DNA of 64,000 nt from Octopus vulgaris. Its lineage: Eukaryota. This document shows, one piece after another, positions 57,355-64,000 of the stretch. Both the position numbers and the translations under genes were made by a program. Positions within the stretch are counted from its first letter, which is position 1; every line of letters starts with the position of its first letter. The DNA lies in assembly GCA_951406725.2 (NCBI GenBank), contig OX597828.1:22568001-22632000 (forward strand), given 5' to 3'. The notes below the pieces were generated by a model. It was given only the letters and a program-made list of their open reading frames with translations, made no database searches and had not been told where the DNA came from.

Positions 57355-57388
<34 letters not shown>

Positions 57389-57432
57389 GTATATACACAC
57401 ATTTATACATAAATACACACACACACACACAT

Positions 57433-57727
57433 AGGGGGAAGGGTATCTTTTTTCTTCACAAATGTAAATAAACCCAATCTGTTTCTTAAAGGAGGGACAT
57501 ATTCATTATGCATAGAATGTTATTTACCTAAATGGACGTAAGCGATTGGTTAAAATTGCCGAAATGCTCGAAATTAAAGACGAAATATATTACAACATAT
57601 AGAATTTTTTCAATAAAGCCAAGAAAAAATGATGTTTTATAAACACATTCTACCAGTATACGAAGTTTAAAAGTGTTTAGTTAACTAGAAATTGTGTTGA
57701 AAAGTGCCGTTCAAAAGGAAAAGATCC
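57433..57727. mobile_element. Right half of the TTAGGG-containing MITE
   Basis: Co-linear with 46279-46568, ending GAAAAGATCC. Confidence 0.88.
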
Positions 57728-59364
57728 ATTGTTTATGTGTTGATAAATTTCGCCTCGCTCCGTGGCAATTCTACATGCTGTCGGGGGCTGCTGTTTTTTA
57801 TTTTTGTATTGGAAAAAAAAGGGGGCGTATCTTCGCCCGAACTTACTGGATTTTGCCATCGAAACTTGTTGAAGTTGGCCAGGAGTACCTGTTGGCCATT
57901 GATGTTTGCCGTGTAAACTGTTTTTCTTTTCTCTATCTTTCTGTTTTTTTTCTTTTCTTTGGAGCTGTTTTTGCGATTCTTTTGAATTTTATTTTTATTC
58001 ATATTTTTTTAACTGACTTGTTTATTTCTTTTTTGGACTTGTTAATTCTGTTGGACATTCCTTCTTCTTTTGAATTGACTTTTAACGTGGCAAATGCAAA
58101 AAGTGCCTTAGAATGGGAGGTGGTACCACCTAAGCAATGGATTGAAGGTCTTGAGAGAAGGACGGTGGTACTACGAACCTATTCTACGTCGCGTGACGCC
58201 ATCACCCTCTTCGACAAGGGTGTTATTAATAAGGAGCTAGCAAAATGTTTGCCAGCTAAAAATTATTATGTGACCAGAGGTGTCAAATACGCCACGGTGT
58301 GGCTAATTTTCGACACTCCTGGGAAGGCTTGCACTGTGGCAAGCCAGCCCCTGGAAGGGGAGGAGATTTTGCTTCCTCCCACATATCGTGGGAAGGTGAT
58401 AAGGGCCTGGGTATGTGGTCTTCCCCCGGGCACCGAAGCGGGGTGGATTACAGATGCCATCCGGCGGGGCCTGGGGAAAAGCAGGCCCAGACTTTTAAAT
58501 ACAGAGATAAAGCCTGCGGTCGACTGGGAGGGGGCAAAAGCAACTTTGACCCTATGGAGCCCAATGCCCGCGGGGGAAATGACTTTCCCTGACTTTTTAA
58601 AAATGGATGGCTCAGGGTGTCCAGTGATACTTGAGGGTCCCCCCCCCATGTGTCGCTCGTGCCTGGAGTCAGACCACATTAAGAAGGACTGCCCCCGGGG
58701 CCGTGGTAAGGTCCCGGAGCAGGGAAAGGTGAAGGTGTCCTCCGCTCTTCCATTGCAGGGAGAAACGGCGGAAGTCGTGGAGGCCGACGCCTCAACGAGA
58801 AGAAAAAGAAAGATGAGCAACAATGGTTGCTCACCAACAGACGCGCAGGTTGCGGGAGAGGAGGAGGACCCGCCTCTGGGTGTGCCGGTGGAGGCTCCGA
58901 CTCCCGCACACGTAAGAAGGAAAAAGAGAAGGAAGAGAAACGGGAGACAGTCGCTGTGCCGCCGACTGGACCGATGCTCCTCCGGTGGATGGTGTGCCAC
59001 CGGATGGTGTGCCACTCGTCGTCTTCTATCTCAAGGAAGGGCCTGTCGAGAAGTGCTTGGACTGTCTTCCAGGCCGAGAACGATTGGACTCGGTTTGTAT
59101 AGACTGTCCAGACTGGCCTCCGCAGGTGGCTGCGGACGTCGTGAATCAGAAGGAGCTGTTCGAGGTCATGGTGACCTGTAATAAGGAAGATTTTTGCTTT
59201 CCTCTTTCCGGGGCCCGACCAGCCGTTGCAGGCTTTCCTGCAGGCGGCGTGTCATTTGCTTGGGCGCTCCGATGAGGAGGATTGTCTGTGTATTGAATAA
59301 TATATTATATATATTTGTAATGGACTATTAAGTCCAATAATTGTCGTTTTTGATGGGAAAAAAA
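57728..59364 (+). mobile_element. Apparently full-length ORF1-only retroposon (HAL1-like)
   Basis: T-rich leader, GC-rich ORF1, short AT-rich 3' region ending in A7 at 59358-59364; no endonuclease or RT follows; no TSD found. Confidence 0.65.
58087..59275 (+). CDS. L1/Tx1-type ORF1 (gag-like) nucleic-acid-binding protein with a CCHC zinc knuckle; probable frameshift near 58900-58980
   Basis: CRSCLESDHIKKDC (Cx2Cx4Hx4C, 58651-58692) preceded by RAWVCGLPP and VILEG; likely start is the GTG at 58087; the C-terminal part is in the 58985-59275 frame. Confidence 0.7.
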
Positions 59365-59515
59365 GAACAATGTTTTAGAGAAGCAGAAAATCGGCGGGCG
59401 TTTTCTGCCTTCTCTCATCAATATCATCCTTGTTTCATCATTCACCTCATCAATGTATATGTCCAGCCCACAAACTGCTCTTTGTAATGCCCTTATAGCA
59501 AATCTTAATGAAATA

Positions 59516-59885
59516 AAGTAGCTTGTTTACCAACCACATGGTTCCGGGTTCAGTCTCACTGCGTGGCACCTTGGGCAAGTGTCTTCTACTATAGCCTCAG
59601 GCCGACCAAAGCCTTGTGAGTGGATTTGGTAGACGGAAACTGAAAGAAACCCGTCGTATATATGTATATGTATATATGTGTATGTGTGTCTGTGTGTCTG
59701 TGTTTGTCCCTCCAACATCGCTTGGTGTGTTTACGTCCCCGTAACGTAGCGGTTCGGCAAAAGAGTTCGATAGAATAAGTACTAGGCTTACAAAAAATAA
59801 GTCCTGCGGTCGATTTGCTCGACTAAATGCATTGCTCCAGCATGGCCGCAGTTAAATGACTGAAATAAATAAAAGAGTAAAAGAA
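59516..59885 (+). mobile_element. SINE A, slightly 5'-truncated
   Basis: Co-linear with other copies. Confidence 0.93.
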
Positions 59886-60093
59886 TATATACGCACACAC
59901 TGTTACACATACAAAACCATATTGACCTTCCCTTTTGCTGCTGTTGCTGTTGTTACTGATGTGTCCCAGAATTTCCACCTTCGGGCAGGCCAATGGTCAA
60001 AGACATTTCGACCGTATACCTTCTGACTTTTAGTTATCTAGAACTTAAATCTCCACATCTTTTTTAGTTAAGACGTTTTGGTGTATATTGCAT

Positions 60094-60327
60094 GCGGCGA
60101 GCTGGCAGAATCGTTAGCACGCCGGGTGAAATGCTCAGCGGTATTTCGTCTGCCGCTACGTTCTGAGTTCAAATTCTGCCGAGGTCGACTTTGCCTTGCA
60201 TCCTTTCGTGGTCGATTAAATAAGTACCAGTTACGCACTGGGGTCGATGTAATTGACTTAATCCGTTTGTCTGTCCTTGTTTGTCCTCTCTGTGTTTAGC
60301 CCCGTGTGGGTAGTAAAGAAATGGTAT
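60094..60327 (+). mobile_element. SINE B with a 14-bp TSD
   Basis: GTATATTGCATGCG at 60083-60096 and 60324-60337. Confidence 0.93.
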
Positions 60328-60464
60328 ATTGCATGCGATGTGACTGTTATTTCTAGCGGGTAATGGAAACACAAAGATGAAAACCCAAAGATGAAAACCT
60401 GTTGACTTTAGAGGGAAAAAAACTTTCCGAAAAAGAAATAGGGAGCATAGGACACCATTTAAAT

Positions 60465-62583
60465 CATACTCATCAGTATCACCTCCACCACTACCGCTCT
60501 TACCACTACTGTTATTACCGCCACTACCACCATCACCACTACCACCACCGCAACTATCACCACCACAACAACCACAACCACAACTATCACCACCACAGTT
60601 ATCACCATCACAACTACCACCACCACAACTACCACCACCACTACTACCACAACCACTATTACCATCACCACTACTACCACCACCACTACTACCACCACCA
60701 CTACTACCACCACCACTACCTCCACCACCACTACTACCAAGACCACTACTACCACCACCACAACTACCACCACCACAACTACCACCACCACAACTACCAC
60801 CACCACAACTACCACCACCACTACTACCACCACCACTACCTCCACCACCACTACTACCAAGACCACTACTACCACCACCACAACTACCACCACCACAACT
60901 ACCACCACCACCACAACTACCACCACCACAACTACCACAACCACAACTACCACACCACCACTACTACCACAACTACCACCACCACACCACCAACCTCCTC
61001 CGCCACTACCAATATCACATCCATCACCGACACGACCATCGGTATCACCACTAACACCTGTAGCTCTACCACTACCATCACCACCACCACCACCACGGCC
61101 TATGCCAATACCACCACCAATACTAACATCACCAGCACCCCTACAATTATTACCACTACGCCTACAACCACCAACACCAGCAGCAACATCACTAATACCA
61201 CCATTATAAACACCTCCACCGACACCACCACTAACACCACGACCACCAACATCGACAACAACCACAACACCACTGCAACCAACACTGTACTATCACCATC
61301 GCTACCACTTCCAACAAATACTACTACTACTGCTGATACTACTACTAAAACTCACTATGACTGCCCATACCACTTAATACTACTACCGCAACTATAACAA
61401 CTCCCAACACCAACAGCACTACTACCTCCCACACAACTCTACTACCGCAAACGCCACCACTTCTTTTAAAACCATTGCGGGAACTACCACTACTACAACT
61501 ACTACCAACACTATGCCACAGTTGTTTCTACTATTGCCATTACTACTACTTCTACTACTACCACACCACTTCTGCTGCAGCAGCTACTACTACAACTGGT
61601 ACAAACACTAAAACCTCCTGCACTACTTGCACCTTCACTATCACTGCAACTACCACTGCTACTTACACCAATACCACTGTTATTTAGACGTACTACCTCC
61701 AACACCCCATGTATGAACTGCTAACTACAGCTATTACGACTACTACAACTACCACTGGCATCTTTAATACTCTTACCACTACCACCACCACCAAAGCTAC
61801 TACTGCTGATACTACTACTACTTCTATTACTGCTACTGCTGCTGCTACTACAGCAACTACTATTGCTACTTCAGCAATTACTACTACTACTACTACAAAT
61901 ACTACTACTATTGTTGCTGCTGTTGCTACTACAATAAATACAACCACCACCACTAATACTACACTACCACCACTACTACTGCTACAACTACCACCACTAC
62001 TACTACCACCACCACTACTACTACTTACTACTACCACTACTACTACAATTACAACTTATGACTACTACCTCCCACACAAACATCATAGTATCATTACACT
62101 ACTACCACCGAAGCTATAAAGTTCCGCCAATACACTACTACCACAACAACTACTACCGCCATCAATACCACCACCGCTGCCCCTGCTGCCACAACTTCAT
62201 CGCGAACCCCCACCCCCACACCGCTGCAGCCTCACCAGCACAGCTACAACCAGTACTACTACCACCTTTACTGTTACTACCGCTACACCCTGGACTTTTT
62301 TTTACAATAACCACACCAATGATCTACTACTACTACTGCTAATATTGCTGCTAATACGACTACCACAACTACTACTACTACTACTACCACGACTACTATT
62401 ACTACTGCTACGACTACCACCATTACTACTGCTGCTGCTACTACTACTACTACTATTAGTACTATTACTACTGCTTCAATTACTACTACTTCTACTACTA
62501 CCACTACTACTACTATTACCACTACTGCTGCTGCAACTACTACTACGACCACCGCCTCCACCACCACTACTGCAGCTGTTGCG

Positions 62584-62659
<76 letters not shown>

Positions 62660-62716
62660 GTAGTAGTAGTAGTTTGTTTTATTTGCCACAAGGACATCAT
62701 AGAATAATTATTTTAA

Positions 62717-62778
<62 letters not shown>

Positions 62779-62937
62779 GTTCCGATACAAATGCCAGACT
62801 TACAACCGGTGATAGTACATCTATTATATCTGCTACTACTACTACTTCTACTGCTATTACAACTAAGGCTATAAATACAACAACAAAAACTCCACATACT
62901 TATGCCACTACAACCACTACCACCACCACCACCACCA

Positions 62938-62971
<34 letters not shown>

Positions 62972-63135
62972 CACTGCAATTAATACTACGAATACCAACT
63001 GTACTGATACTGCAGAACGATAGCTGATGCTGAAGTAAATACGGCAGAAGGACCGAAAAAATTTGTATTGTAGCAAAGTTTAAACGTTCACAAAAACAAG
63101 AACACCACCACCACCGCCACCACTGCCACTGCTAT

Positions 63136-63178
<43 letters not shown>

Positions 63179-63180
63179 GC
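60465..63180. repeat. 2.7-kb (ACC)/(ACT)/(AAT) trinucleotide field with a 120-bp internal duplication
   Basis: CTCCACCACCACTACTACCAAGACC at 60720 and 60840. Confidence 0.92.
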
Positions 63181-63317
63181 AACTGGAGAAGTGCCTTCTG
63201 CGGCGACAACTTCAAGGAAAGCATTACGAGAACAAGAGGGGGAAAAAAAACTACACGTACATACACACAGACACACACACATGCGGAGTTAAGAGAAACG
63301 TGCGACGAGTTACGGAG

Positions 63318-63527
63318 AGAGAAAGGAAGAAGGGAAGGAAGGAAGGAAAGGAAGGAAGGAAAGGAAAGGAAGGAAGGAAGGAAGGAAGGAAGGAAGGAAG
63401 GAAGGAAGGAAGGAAGGAATGGACACAGTGTAAGAGGAAAAGAAAGAGTGAGAGAGAGAGGGAAAGATAACAGGTGGAGATAAAGAGGCTGATGGAGTCC
63501 TAGCAAGTTAGTAAGATTGGTAGATAG

Positions 63528-63562
<35 letters not shown>

Positions 63563-63920
63563 ACGTGAATGAAGGTAGAAACTGAGAGAGAAAGGGTAAT
63601 ATATATATATATACATATATATATATGGATAGCGAGAGAGAGAGGGTGAGGGAGACGACACATATAGAGAGAGGAAGTGAGTGAGAAGAGAAAGGGAGAT
63701 GTGGACGGGTGACGAAGGGGTAGATAAGAAGTGAAGAAGTGTGTGAGAAAGAAAGAAGGAAAGAAAGTGAGCGAGTGTGAAGGACAATTAGACAGACATA
63801 AAATGAGACAGACTTGGGAAAGAGATTGAGACGGAACGAGAGTGAGGAAGGAATTTAGAGTGGGACAGAGCAATCCAGAAAGTGAGAGAGATAAAAGAAG
63901 ATATATATATATATATGTAG

Positions 63921-63951
<31 letters not shown>

Positions 63952-64000
63952 GATAAGAAAAAAAAAAGCAGAGTGAGAGAGTGTGAGTGAGAAGAAAAGT
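63318..64000. repeat. Purine-rich (GGAA)n/(GAAA)n/(GA)n and (TA)n tract
   Basis: Direct reading. Confidence 0.9.

Noticed and set aside
57694-58086. Hydrophobic N-terminus of the 495-aa ORF suggesting a membrane protein
   Set aside because: The first codons lie in a MITE TIR and the rest is a T-rich leader; homology to the other copies begins only after ~58087.
58266-59015. 249-aa minus-strand ORF
   Set aside because: Antisense shadow of the GC-rich ORF1; no motifs.
60402-61397. 331-aa His/Thr-rich ORF resembling a histidine-rich protein or mucin
   Set aside because: (ACC/ACT)n microsatellite field; composition switches with frame slips, no ATG start, and the tract continues for 2 kb with stops.

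Overview
AT-rich, repeat-saturated animal (intergenic or intronic) DNA. The SINE repertoire and extreme (TA)n/(CA)n/(TAC)n microsatellite load resemble an octopus genome; this is inference from recall, not a search. I found no recognisable host protein-coding gene, and almost all long ORFs in the track are translated microsatellites. Content: four tRNA-derived SINE families (A-D, about 30 copies), two decayed R4/Dong-type RLE LINEs, non-autonomous Helitrons, several MITEs (one a 348-bp zero-loop palindrome with a 9-bp TSD), and many short Penelope-like fragments. Most notable: (1) type-I minimal hammerhead ribozyme motifs in at least five apparently unrelated short repeat families, three with a CCGANGA core and one sitting at the fold-back point of a perfect 90-bp hairpin; (2) two divergent retroposon copies, plus an inverted fragment, encoding only an L1/Tx1-like CCHC ORF1 protein with a shared C-terminal motif and an A-rich tail but no RT (HAL1-like); (3) a multimeric, tail-less SINE whose TSDs all start at its internal unit junction. 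Boundaries were read by eye and are approximate unless a TSD or TIR is quoted.
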